A stretch of 64,000 nt of DNA from Iphione sp. A-MEVVRFRX5 (Eukaryota): contig OZ320313.1 of the NCBI GenBank assembly GCA_976226885.1, positions 165,726,001-165,790,000 on the forward strand. Direction: 5' to 3'. The position numbers were made by a program, and so were the translations under genes. The notes beneath the pieces are model-generated. The model was given only the letters and a program-made list of their open reading frames with translations, was not told where the DNA came from and did no database searches. Each line of letters begins with the position of its first letter. Position 1 is the stretch's first letter. Positions 26,800-38,212 of the stretch are shown here, piece after piece.

Positions 26800-27679
26800 T
26801 TTGTGTTTGTGTGTAGCATTGTACGTCCTTCGTCTGCTTCCTTCTCTCCCTTTCTGCCTGTCGTACTTGTGCTCATTGTGCAAACTAACCATTAGGTCAA
26901 TAAATAACAGCTAATCATGTGCAAGGTTAACATGAATAAATAAATATATATGGCCCCTTTAAATTGATTAAGAAATTCATCATGCACATGATAATTAAGC
27001 ACGTTTCCACTATCAAACTCAGTTAATTATATGACCTTTCCCATCTGAATATACTGGACCAGCTAGGCTGCCCCGGTCAATACCAATTCACCCGGTGTAC
27101 TAATAACATCACCAGCACCACCTGGTGCTCCTGAGTAATTTTGCTGAAATGACGTATACTCATTCGCATCCCCCCACCCGCGCCCCCCCCCCCCCTCCAC
27201 ACACCTCGCTCTCATTTGGCTCATATGGCACCTAGTTCGGCTGACTTCTTCCCCTCTCTGTCACATTGACTCTTTTTGCTTTCTGATACTGTTTTCACGA
27301 GCGTAACTATGCACAAGTATATATATATAAAGATAAATATTATACATATATTATATGTGTGCTCTTAACACCGCTTATTTGGGCCTTGCCCTACTAGCCT
27401 TTGTATACGAACCCGGTGCATAACAGCCATAATGGACATGGATATAATGTCATGTCGAGGCAATACGGACACGTCCCCGCACGCCTCGGTGGGTCATCCG
27501 GGACTTCCAGCAGTATGCGCGAGGCCGGCCTCGAGGACGCCGTGGTACGTGGAAGTGTGTATCATTGCCCTCGTGTCTGTACCTCACGCTCGCCATGGTT
27601 GATGTCTGGTTTGCCTCAGTTTTATCATGATGACCCACCAGTATAAATTGAGAGGAGTTCAACCCCCTAGCGCTCATTT

Positions 27680-27950
27680 TGTCTCTCTCGCCCTATTCCC
27701 CTCTCTCTCCTCTCTTTCTCCCCCTTTTTTCCTCTCTCTTTCCCTCTCTTTCTCTCTCTCTTTCACTTTCTTTCTCTCTCTCTTTCACTTTCTTTCTCTC
27801 TCTCTTTCCCTCTCTCTCTGGACTCTCTCTCCCCTTCTTTCTTCCTCTATCTTTTCCTCTCTCTTTCCCTCTTTTCTCTCACTCTCTCTCATTCCCTCTC
27901 TTCGTCTCTCTCATTCCCTCCCTTTTTCTCCCTCTCTCTTTCCCCCCCCC
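27680..27950. repeat. CT-rich polypyrimidine microsatellite
   Basis: Directly visible. Confidence 0.9.
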
Positions 27951-29549
27951 CTTCTCTATCGGAAGTCCCGACAGGTTCCTATAACTAAATTTTCACTCCT
28001 AAAACCGAAGAGCCGATTTCTATTAGATTGCTGACTAATTTATACAAACGTGAAAAGCTTACACTAATTCTACCTCGTCACTATAGCATATACAATAAAT
28101 GGGAGTTGGAATCCGTCTCTCAAATAACGGTAGTCAAACAACTAACTCCCTGTAGCCATCCTGTACAATGCATCGACTTTCCGCCGACATTTTATTCACA
28201 AACTTTTATACATGACCTCATACCGCGTTCCGAGACGAAACTGGATCGACAAGTGACACCAAGGCTGAACATAAACGTGCGCATCGTATGACTACAAAGG
28301 GAGATTTGCTTCGAAACCCATCCCAAATGACACCGCTTTTTACATTAGAACATATCTTTTTTTATGGATGATAGATTGCCCCTTGTAATGAACGTGATAA
28401 TAATATGAGGTTGGCCAATGAAATGCATTGATACAGATATTGAATATAAACTGAATGAACATGAAACTACTACTGCTGCTTCCACAGTTCACATTGAAAA
28501 GAAGTCAGCTGTCTACTGTAAACCGACATCCCTTGACATACTTAGAAACAGCGACGTAGCCCCTTGTTTAAATACATGTACGTATAGGACATCAAATAAC
28601 ATATTTCCAAATGTTCATAACATCGTATTCTTAGGGACAGCGGCTTAGCCCCACATCACCAGCTTGAATGATATACATGTATTTCACATTAAGTAAAATT
28701 TGACCTTTTTGTGCTCACTTTTGGGACAGCAGCCAGGCCCCTCAGTTGTACAATTATTCATGGTGTTTTTTTAAAGACATACATTATTATAATCTATAAC
28801 ATACTGTTTAACAAAATTAGTAAACCTTGCATAATTATCTGTAATGAGTTTCACTAGCATGTAATGTATTCCATAATCTATGACATAGTTCACAGCTCTT
28901 TTATAAGTTTCTTTTATAGGCTTCATTATCACCATATGTTTCCTTTTTGTTAGCTTTGTTTCCCTGTCCTCTTCTAGAATTTCGGGATGTTCACGCCCTG
29001 AGATCATTGTACTAGTATTCCTTTTGCTAAACAAGTTCCTTTCTACTTGTTGAAGACCAGATCTTACATCCAGATGCTATGTTGATCATACCGTTTCTGG
29101 CTTTTAAAAACCTTCCTGGTTACTTAGCTCTTTCTCTGGTACTGACTAAAATGACATGCAGTTATGTGCATCAGTATTACTTTCATCAAGTCTACAGCAT
29201 CTCCCTGGGACATGAAGTTCCTTACCTTCCTCAAATAATTGACGTTACACATGCATTTACGAATTGTAGCTAGATACCTCTGAGTCATGGTGAAATGTCT
29301 ATCCAACGCAACTCCTAAATATTGAACTGAGCTTCAGTTTGAACCCATCTAACTCTTTGCCCCCTGCTACACTTGCTTTGTTTTACAGTCGTATGTAAAA
29401 CGTATACATTGGCTTCGTAGTATGTGAACATTTAATAGAACACAGACGTTATTAAGGTTAATGTTTTGCACAAATAAGGCAATGGACCAATAGAAAGATT
29501 CATCGAACTGTACGTCCTATAGGCCAGAGAAAACCCACCTCAAACCATC

Positions 29550-30050
29550 CCCTGTTCTCTTACTCTCATTTTCTCAGAGCTTCATTCCATATACATCATA
29601 TACATGTTATCTAACCTTGGAAATGCTCAGTTTTCTGCCCTTTAACCTGCATCAGACTACCCCTTGTCCTCTCGCTCTTCTCTCTCTCAGTGCTTCATTC
29701 CATGTATATCGTATACATGTTATCAAGCCTTGGGAATGCTCTGTCTTCTGCCTATCTACTAATGCCAAACCACTCCTTGTTCTCTTACTCTTCCTCACTT
29801 TCTTAGTGCTTCATTCCATGTATATCGTATACATGTTATCAAGCCTTGGGAATGCTCTGTCTTCTGCCTATCTACTAATGCCAAACCACTCCTTGTTCTC
29901 TTACTCTTCCTCACTTTCTTAGTGCTTCATTCCATGTATATCGTATACATGTTATCAAGCCTTGGGAATGCTCTGTCTTCCACCCATCTACCAACCACTT
30001 CTTCTTCTCTTATACTCTTCCTGACTTTCTTAGTACTTCATTCCATATGT
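29550..30050. repeat. 116-bp tandem repeat, ~4.5 copies
   Basis: CTTCATTCCAT starts at 29580, 29693, 29809, 29925 and 30036. Confidence 0.95.
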
Positions 30051-30984
30051 ACGCCATATACATACGAGTTACCTAGGAGTGGGCATGCTGTTTTCTGCTT
30101 GTCTATTACACATAGCCCAGTCCATCGTTTGCTGTACTATGTTAGTCTCACTACCAGAGCCGTCCTGTAGGCAATAAAGCTTCAGGAGGGACGAGCAACA
30201 GAAACAGTACGTGTTGAAGAAAGTGCCGGGGAACACTTTAAACAGCTGGAGATGTCGTTTAAGCCCATAAGAAACGACCAGACGACAGTGAAGCCCAACA
30301 GGCGCTGCATTTGTAATAGCACGGGATATATTGGTTTCTGCGGATGCTGAGCTGGTTTTCTTGTGTACCCCCCCCCCCCTGGTGCTCGTCTTTATATCTT
30401 TTTAAGCCAATGTCTAAGGCTATTTGTGCTAATGTGTTCTACAACGTTGGCCTTTCCTTCATGGCATTTTTTTTTCTCTTTGCAGGCCTGGATTGTCTCT
30501 GTCTCACTGCCTTTCCTTTTTTTCTGGCAGGTGTACTTTTCGTCTTCCTGTGTCTCGTTTCCTGGGTAGGTCTTCTCCCTGTTTCCCTCTTTTTCTTTTT
30601 CTTCTACCGTCTCCCCGGCCCTCTCTGTTGCTGTACTAAACTCCTTAGCTCTCTCTTGACTGCTCTGCACTCTCTCTGTCTCTCTCTGTCTCTCTCTTTT
30701 TGTCTCCATCTTGCTCTCTTGGTATGTATGCTGCACCTTTCCGTTTCTCTGCCTCATGGCTTATATACGGTATTTCGCTTCCCAATCTGTCTTTTTCTTG
30801 GCATTTCTGCTGCTTTTAAATATGCCTTCCTCTATTTCTCTTGGTAGCTTTGTCTTCTTGCTTTGTCCCTATCTGTCTGTGTCTGGACAGGTCTGCAACT
30901 TGCTGTCTACGTTTGTCTCTTTTTTCTCGTCACAGTTGCTCTTTATCACTGTTTCCTTCTCTGTCTCTTTCTCTTGGGCAAAAA

Positions 30985-31215
30985 GATAGGTACATGCATG
31001 TGTTTCTAGTTACCCACCCGTACCTAGTAAAACCCCACCCTACCTAAACATTTTTTGGGAGTTTCAAGGAGTTTCCAAGTCTGAATTTCCTTAGATATGC
31101 ATTTTTAGAGCACATGTTTTTTGGTGAATTTAGTAGAAAAACAACAAAATACATAGAAATTCAGTAAATAACTGTAAAACTAATGCAAATTAATCAAAAT
31201 TCTTCACATTTTCTC
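30985..31215. mobile_element. Dispersed repeat fragment; inverted homologue of 19670-19890
   Basis: See 19670-19890. Confidence 0.75.
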
Positions 31216-32052
31216 TATGGCTATTGAAAACCAGAGAAAGAAAGTGGAATTTTTTTTAAATGATACCCCACCTCCCTATTTTGGGGGCCTTGGCAGTTTT
31301 GCCTTTGCTGCATCCCTGCCACTCACCTCTTTGCGTGCCTGCCTTCTGTGTGTCTCTGTCTCGGTCCTTCTTTTCATTCTAATCAGGGACGTTCGCACAA
31401 ATATGCGGAATGTCTTTTGACTGGGTCATCACATGATCTTTAGAGAGCAGTTGGTTTGTGGGATCATCCGAATCTCCATGATGCACAACCATTTAATATA
31501 AAAAAATATCAAATGTTTTTTGTAAATGTGGTGAAATGTATCCAGCTGATTAAATTACTCATATCCATGTAATTTGAAATATTTTTAGAATGCTTGAAGT
31601 GCCCTATACCTTTGCTTTTACACATATTTTCATTTTTTCTTTAAAGATAGAAATTCCATTGGCATCACCTTTCAGTCGATGCTCATCGATGCTAATTAAA
31701 ACATTTCGGTCGCTCTGTGGCTTTATGCTAATATTTTAAACATCTTAATGAAATTAATCATTTATATTCATACGCGCGCAGGTTCTCAAAGGTCACGCAT
31801 CTCACAGGTAAAACGCATGCACTACGGAGTCCAATTTTCACCAAAAACCCTCCTAAAATATCTTTTTCACCAGGTTTTGGAGCTGCACCGTGTAATGAGA
31901 TCACTCGTGTAATAACACCATTTTGGGTCCAAACCGCCGGGGGTGGGGTGGGGGTGGAGGGTCATTGCCATAATGGCTGACATTTACCAGATGCGGATGT
32001 TCCGTAAATTATAAGCCAACTACTGGACCGCCCATAAAGTGTGACCATCCGA

Positions 32053-32061
<9 letters not shown>

Positions 32062-32105
<44 letters not shown>
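32062..32105. repeat. (CA)n microsatellite
   Basis: Directly visible. Confidence 0.95.
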
Positions 32106-32106
<1 letters not shown>

Positions 32107-34399
32107 CGGTGATCTCGTATTTTCACTGTCACAACGTCAGCCAACGTTCAGGAAACGTTGGCGAAAAGGGTTATTGTTATTATCAAGGGTTAATAGGCCG
32201 AATATATCACTCGGCCCTGCCTTCGAGAAGCAACACGTTTTGCCGAACTGACGGCTCCTGTTTCCGGGTCCAAAAAAACGAACCGAAAGCCAAATAAAGG
32301 CAAGACAAAAATGTCGTCTGCTCCACCACCAGAACCTGTTACGTCACACACGTGCGTCCAAAAAGCGAGCGGCCTTGTTTGCCAATGAGTGCGAACAGCT
32401 TGTCTTTCATGTCAGTGTTGATTCAGATGTCCAAGGCGCTTCCTCTCTCGGATTTTTTAACACCCGCAATTACAAACTAACTTCTCCATTTTGATAATTG
32501 GGACGTTTCATCACCGTTGTACTTGCTCTTTTTTTTATGGGGGGGGGGGGGCAAGGCGGCGGGGGGCAGGAGGGAGGTGATGACAGCGGACGCTGCTGGT
32601 CATTTCTGTCAATGCGGGATGGATAATGGGGTGACCCTGAAGATGTGTAAATCGCACATGCTGCTCGGATATGCTATAACGTATACGTCGCCCTGGGAAG
32701 CCAAGCAGTGAGTTGCTCAATACGACTCGAGTGATCCCTTGGGTGGGGATGACTCCAGCCATTAAGTCACCTCGTGAGCTCCTCTTCTTTGAGCTCAGAA
32801 GAGAGTTTATGTCCTCCGTATGCATTTATATACACTCGGAACGCCATAATATGGACAACCCAAGGGGAGTGAACAGAAAGCGTCACACGGACGGTCACGT
32901 ACACATAAAATCCATTATGAATATAGAGAAGAAGCAGTTGATTCTAAGTTAGATGTGTATCCACAAGCTGCTCATATTATCAACTCTATATATACGTGCA
33001 ATCCTATGACTGTCAAAGATATTCCTTTTATAGGGCTCTTTTGTTCCCGTATTCCAAGTAATTTATCGTTTGTACAGTAAACTCATACTACTGTGTCCTT
33101 CAGTGGCTTTGTACGTATAAAAGGCTTTTGTGCTGGAGGAATGCGGTTTGATAAGAATCTAAACGCTCTCTGGACTCGCGGTTAAATGAAATGGAAATAC
33201 ATGTTACCAAAAAAATACTGGACGAAGGTAAATTTCTGTCGACTGCTCGAATATATATCTCTTAAGCAATACAGATCGGGGAGCTACACGGATAAGGTCA
33301 GTGTCATGATGAAAATCGATCAAAGAAGTCCCTTGATGTAAAGTTGTTGAAATTATGAGGAAAATCTATGCAGTAGATGGAAATATAATGTGTGATGTTG
33401 CCTGCGTGGGTAGTCAAGTGCGAAACCCGGTGCCACTGCACAAAGTGCACGTGGTGCATGGGCTGATTTTCTGAAGTTCAATATATGCATTTCTCCGTAG
33501 CGCTGTGTGGGCGTCTGTTTGTTCACGCAGCACTTGTTCAGAGATGAGCCGATGAAATGGAGAATACATGAGCTACAGCACATTTGTTTTATTATAGCAT
33601 GTTTTAAAAAAATATCTAGAGATGCCCCCATTCATCGAGTTCGTCCTTTACCACTCCGCGGGTCTTGATCGATGTTGGAAAAGAAGCGGGAAAATAATGC
33701 AAATTGGTTTTGAATTCATTCAATGATTGACACATGAGTACAGAGGGAGTTAAATAAGGCAGAAACCCCCACATGATGTTGAGAACCTGACCCCAAAAAT
33801 AAGAATTTAAGTCATTTATCAAAAGGCAAGACAAGTCAAAATAGAATGTAACCTACTACGCAAGCTAATCAAGATGTTCCACTCAGGCGTCGTCTGGTGG
33901 AACTTTTTGAAACATATTCTTTATCAAGGTCACTGAAATATTCATTTTCTCATCCAATTTGTATTTACCCATCACAGTAGGCCTACATTTCACAGCGCTG
34001 ATCACGTGGTACTGACGAACCTATGTACTCCCGAAGATAAATAATTCAATATATATATATACCTTTCAGGTAATGTAAAACTAAAAAAAAAACAAGAAAA
34101 AAAACATGGTATGAATTGGATCAAATGTGAGGCGGCCGGCAACTGGCCGAGGTTAGCACTCCTCGTTGAGAAGTTACAGGACGGGCGGTCGAGGGTAATA
34201 ATCATTGGGTTGGCTCATCATAGGATTGCGTTATAGATTAACTATGTATGGGAAGGCACGGAGCCCTTTATGAATGGTCTGAATTCATCATTCCCATGCT
34301 AGACTCCACCTGAATGGACCCCTTGGTTCACCGCTCTCTCCCGATAGACTCTATGGAGCGAGTTCCTCTACTGCCATGCACCAAAGGCTCCCTCCCCTC

Positions 34400-35830
34400 C
34401 TGCATGTACACATGGACCGTGTTAATTACTTCTCAAGATAAACTCTGTGTTAATAGAGCAAGTTCATTATTCTCGTGATCAACTTAATATATGAACAAAC
34501 TGAGCTTGGTACTCTCATGATAGACTCTGTGTAATATGAGATAAATTTACAAATATCATAATTAACTTAAGATAATTTAACTGAGTCATGACAAACTCTG
34601 TGTAATGAGGTGGGTTATAGCTCACTACACCACTCTCATAACTTAATATGATTAAACTGAAAACCCTACTTTCATGATAGACTCAATACAAATGGACTGA
34701 GTCGACTACTCTCGTGATATGTAACATGGGCCAAATTCACTATTCTAATGACCAACTTAATATGAATTAGCTAAATTCAGTACAAACGCTGTGTAACATG
34801 GGCTAAATTCGCTATTATAATAAACTTTATATAAATATACTAAGTTCAGTACTCTCATGACAAACTCTGTGTAACATGGATCAAATTCACCATTCTCATG
34901 ATCGACTTATTATGAATTAATTAAGTTTAGTACTGTCGTGACAGACTCTGTGTAATAAGGTGGGCTATAGTTCACTATGCTATAGAACTCATTACTTAAT
35001 GAGTAAACTGAATACCCTACTTTCACAATAGACTTAGTACAAGTGGACTTCGTGGACTACTCTCGTGATATACTTTATATGAATGGACCAAAGTTGCCTA
35101 CTATATCATGCCAGACTCTTCGCAAATGGATTGATTTCGTTCTCTTACGATAAACTGTATGTGAGTGGACCAAGTTCAAAAATGACATGAACGACTGATT
35201 ACAAATGGACCAAGTTAACTGCAATTATGAAAAGACTCTCATGAAGGGACTGAATTCACTACTCTGTATGAATGACCTGTGGACACCACTTCCATGGTAG
35301 ACTCTGTCTTAAACAGAGTATAACAAAGCATGTGATCTTATTCTACTATCTTCATGACAGACTCAATATGAATGAAATGAGTTCACTGCTCTCATGATAG
35401 ACTCTGTAGAAAGGGCTGAGTTGACTGAGTAGACTCTGTCTTAAACAGAGTTTAACCATGCATATGATGTGATTGCACTACTTTCATGACAGATGCAATA
35501 CAAATGAAATGAGTTCACTGCTCTCATAATAGACTCTGTAGGAAAGGTGAGCTGAGTTGACTTCTCTTTGTATGAATGAACTGTGGACACCACTCCCCTG
35601 ATAGACCCTGTCTTGAACAGTGTTTAACCATACATATGATGTGATTGCACTACTTTCATGACAGACACAATATAAATGAACTGAGTTCACCAAGCATGTG
35701 ATAGTCTCTATATTAATTAATTATTGCAGTACTTTAATGGCAGATTCAATATGAATGAAATGACTTCACCACTCATATAATAGACCCTGTAGGAGAGGAC
35801 TGAGTTCACCACTCTCAGAGACGAGCAGCT
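34400..35830. repeat. Old hierarchical satellite-like array (~33-40-bp motifs with larger duplicated blocks)
   Basis: TACTCTCATGATAGACTCTGT and GAGTTCACT variants recur; 34615-34725 resembles 34965-35072, and 35281-35426 resembles blocks in 35475-35690. Confidence 0.85.
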
Positions 35831-35914
35831 CACGTCATGTTTGTTGTACTACTTGAAGTTTTAACCTGTGCGGGATATAGAAAGGAAAAAAGTGAGTTTT
35901 TTTTGTTTTTTTAC

Positions 35915-36220
35915 CTGCCCTGAGAAGTCGTAACCGAGTTCGCTGGCGACGGCGCGGGCCACCGGCTCGCCGCCTGGGACGTGCACTGCCCACTCATTCG
36001 TGAAGCCGCCGCCGCCGCCGCCGCGGTGGTGGTGAGAGAAGCCGGTCCGCTCCCCGCCGACGAGAGAACAGCACGCCGCCAGGCAGAAGACGACGACGAC
36101 AACGACGTGGAGCGACGACGACGCCGACGACGAGGAGGAGTAGAGGGAAGCGCACCTAGTCCAGCCCGCGGTAATACCGCCGCCGCCGCCGTCGTCATCG
36201 CGCATACTCTCATCACCCAT
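35915..36220 (-). CDS. PCSK1: First coding exon (signal peptide + start of prodomain, 102 codons) of a subtilisin/kexin-type proprotein convertase, best resembling PC1/3
   Basis: ATG at 36220. Hydrophobic LHVVVVVVFCLAACCSLVGG is followed by FTNEWAVHVPGGEPVARAVASELGYDFSGQ: 18/30 identical to human PC1/3 [30 protein letters not shown], 16/30 to furin. It ends CAG|GTAAAA, a phase-0 donor at the same position (after GQ) as vertebrate PCSK1/furin. The PC1/3 versus furin call is only moderately certain. Confidence 0.85.
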
Positions 36221-36613
36221 GCCAGGCCGGGTTTACCCAGCCAGCACAGGAGGCGCACCCCACCACCACCAACCAACAACAACAACTATAGTTAATACCC
36301 AAGCTCCGATGGGGGGGGGATCCTTCTTCACTCCTCCCTGTGGCGATGAGAACGATCCGGACGCGAGGCAACTTTTTTCTGGGATGGGGGGGGGGGGGGG
36401 AGGAGGCTGCGCGCTCTAGTATTGCTCTGTTGACGGTCTCGTCAGATCAAGTTCTGGGCGTTTAATTGGAAGTCGGCGCCGCTTGGTAGGATATAACCCC
36501 TGGAAGCCGCTGGGGCTCCTCCCCTAGTGTGAGTCGCTCGCTCTCTCGCTCACTCACTGAGTCACTCGGAGACCAACTTTCTGGCGTTTGGTCGCGCGTC
36601 ACTCGATCAGTTC
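36221..36613 (-). other. Putative 5' UTR of the convertase gene
   Basis: No minus-strand ATG (no CAT on +) for ~390 nt upstream of the start codon; GC-rich; lies between the CDS and the promoter motifs. TSS inferred, not seen. Confidence 0.4.
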
Positions 36614-36873
36614 ACATGTAGTGTAGTAGGTCTTGTGTGGCATCGGCGCTGATGAGTGTGAGGCGGCCAGAGTGGTACCTACCAGGGGGGTGGGTTGGTC
36701 GTATCGGCGGCAGCTAGTTTTGTGTCACAGTTATTGCCGTCCCCCCCGTTAATAATGTTTGTCCATCGCGGGCTGCCGATCGAGGGTAGACGGGGGCGGG
36801 AGGGACGGTGGGAGGGCGGGAAGGAGGGAGGAAGGGAGGTCAGTTGGATGGGAGAAGGAGTACAACAAACAGG

Positions 36874-36888
36874 CCACCAGATGGCACT
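36874..36888 (+). promoter_or_regulatory. CTCF-type motif in the promoter
   Basis: CCACCAGATGGCACT matches the CCACYAGRKGGCRCT consensus. Confidence 0.5.
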
Positions 36889-36897
36889 GCCTATCGA

Positions 36898-36905
36898 TGA
36901 CGTCA
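36898..36905. promoter_or_regulatory. cAMP response element (CRE) 1
   Basis: Perfect TGACGTCA ~680 bp upstream of the ATG, near GC boxes at 36793-36800 and 36917-36924. Confidence 0.6.
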
Positions 36906-37091
36906 CACCGAAGTGGCCCGCCCCTCAGTGCCATGCGTCCCGCGTCCGATGATGGGGTTGGGCGTTTTAGACGTGGGCGAGCGTTCGTTGGTTCGCTGGT
37001 ATCCGCGTTTCTTCCTCAACCTGCCTTCGCACTTGAGGCACCAACCAACCGACTTAACGCTGTTCATGACGCGGCCACGGGAAGTCGTATG

Positions 37092-37103
37092 CGTGACGTC
37101 ACG
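37092..37103. promoter_or_regulatory. cAMP response element (CRE) 2
   Basis: 12-bp perfect palindrome CGTGACGTCACG. Confidence 0.6.
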
Positions 37104-37372
37104 ACAATATGAGATGCATTCATTTACGTCGCCCGTATGCGTGAATGACATTAGAATAATCGATCTTCACGCCGGCATACTGTGCACATATATTTACGTG
37201 GGACGTTGACTCCTACTGACACTTCATGTCTCTCTCACATAGATCATATATATAGCATTGCACAGCTGTATGTTGTCGGACACTGAAGCAATAAAAAAAA
37301 CAAGAGCATTCGCATCCACTATAACTTTAATATCGGCTCATGTGTTCATTGGGGGGGACATAGATTTGAATG

Positions 37373-37556
37373 TACAGTTAAAGGCCTAGTTGTGATCACC
37401 CCTCCGACCCACGCTCAAGTGGTCAGATTAGCGATATATTGGTCACAAATTAGCTATGGTTGTTAAAGAAATTGACACTTTTGTACTGCTCTGAGGTAGT
37501 TGCATTAGAATGGATGGTCTCACTTTGGTATGGTCGCAAATAGGGATTCAACTGTA
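37373..37556. mobile_element. TA-flanked MITE (TACAGTy family)
   Basis: TACAGTTAAAGGCCTAGTTGTGATCA ... TGGTCGCAAATAGGGATTCAACTGTA; right end near-identical to that of 42561-42706. Confidence 0.75.
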
Positions 37557-37860
37557 TATATAAATGCATGTACGTGCATGACACTTCATTATAGTTGTTC
37601 TTTCCTCTTCAACACACTGTTAACTTCATTGATACTAAGCCCACATGCCCAGCATCTATGATATTCTATGGGGCCACCTAATTAATTTTGTCCATAAGAG
37701 GTTCAGTAATCCACTGAGATGAATTCCCTAAATACCTAGGCCTTACAGTCAGAACAAGGCATTTTCCACTAAAACATGGCAACATGGTTCTTGTACACGT
37801 TCATGTTATATACTATGTATTCGAGTCTGAGTACAACAGCGTGTTAACCAACAATACTTG

Positions 37861-38212
37861 TATATCCAACAACTCAGTGGTAGAGCACTGGTTTACTGAC
37901 TGAGAGGTTGCAGGTTCAATCCTGGGCTTGGGACATTTGATTATGATAAGACAGATTTACTGTAGCCCCAACCCAGAGTTGTCCACAACTCATAAAAAAG
38001 CCATGGGCGTATAGGATTCTGTCCCCTATGCACAAAGAGACCCAAGAAACCTATTAAAAATAAGAATAGGGGACAACCCTGGGTACTCTGGTCTCTCAGT
38101 TCTCAATAATAGATGGTAGTATGCTACCCCAGGAGAATAGGGAAGAGCACTGTCCTGATGATAGGTGAATATATTCCTGGTTAAAGATTCAATGAAATGA
38201 ATTGAATGAAAT
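37861..38212 (+). mobile_element. tRNA-derived SINE, copy C (near full length, short ATGAA-like tail)
   Basis: AACTCAGTGGTAGAGC A-box and GGTTCAATCC B-box; body collinear with A and B; ends CCTGGTTAAA plus AATGAAATGAATTGAATGAA. The central AAAGAGACCCAAGAAACCTATT...GAATAGGGG resembles, from memory, the Deu/Nin/Meta-type SINE cores. Confidence 0.85.

Noticed and set aside
27450-27677. Arg-rich minus ORF (HVPRRPRGR) considered as convertase exon 2
   Set aside because: No HY.F.H..P.RS.RS pattern and no fitting splice sites.
30181-30275. KQYVLKKV, reminiscent of NEK-type kinase subdomain II
   Set aside because: Frame closes quickly; no other kinase motifs or good splice sites.
35911-36295. Overlapping alternative-frame and antisense ORFs across exon 1
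   Set aside because: By-products of GC-rich triplet repeats; the 124-aa ORF starts at TTG, not ATG.
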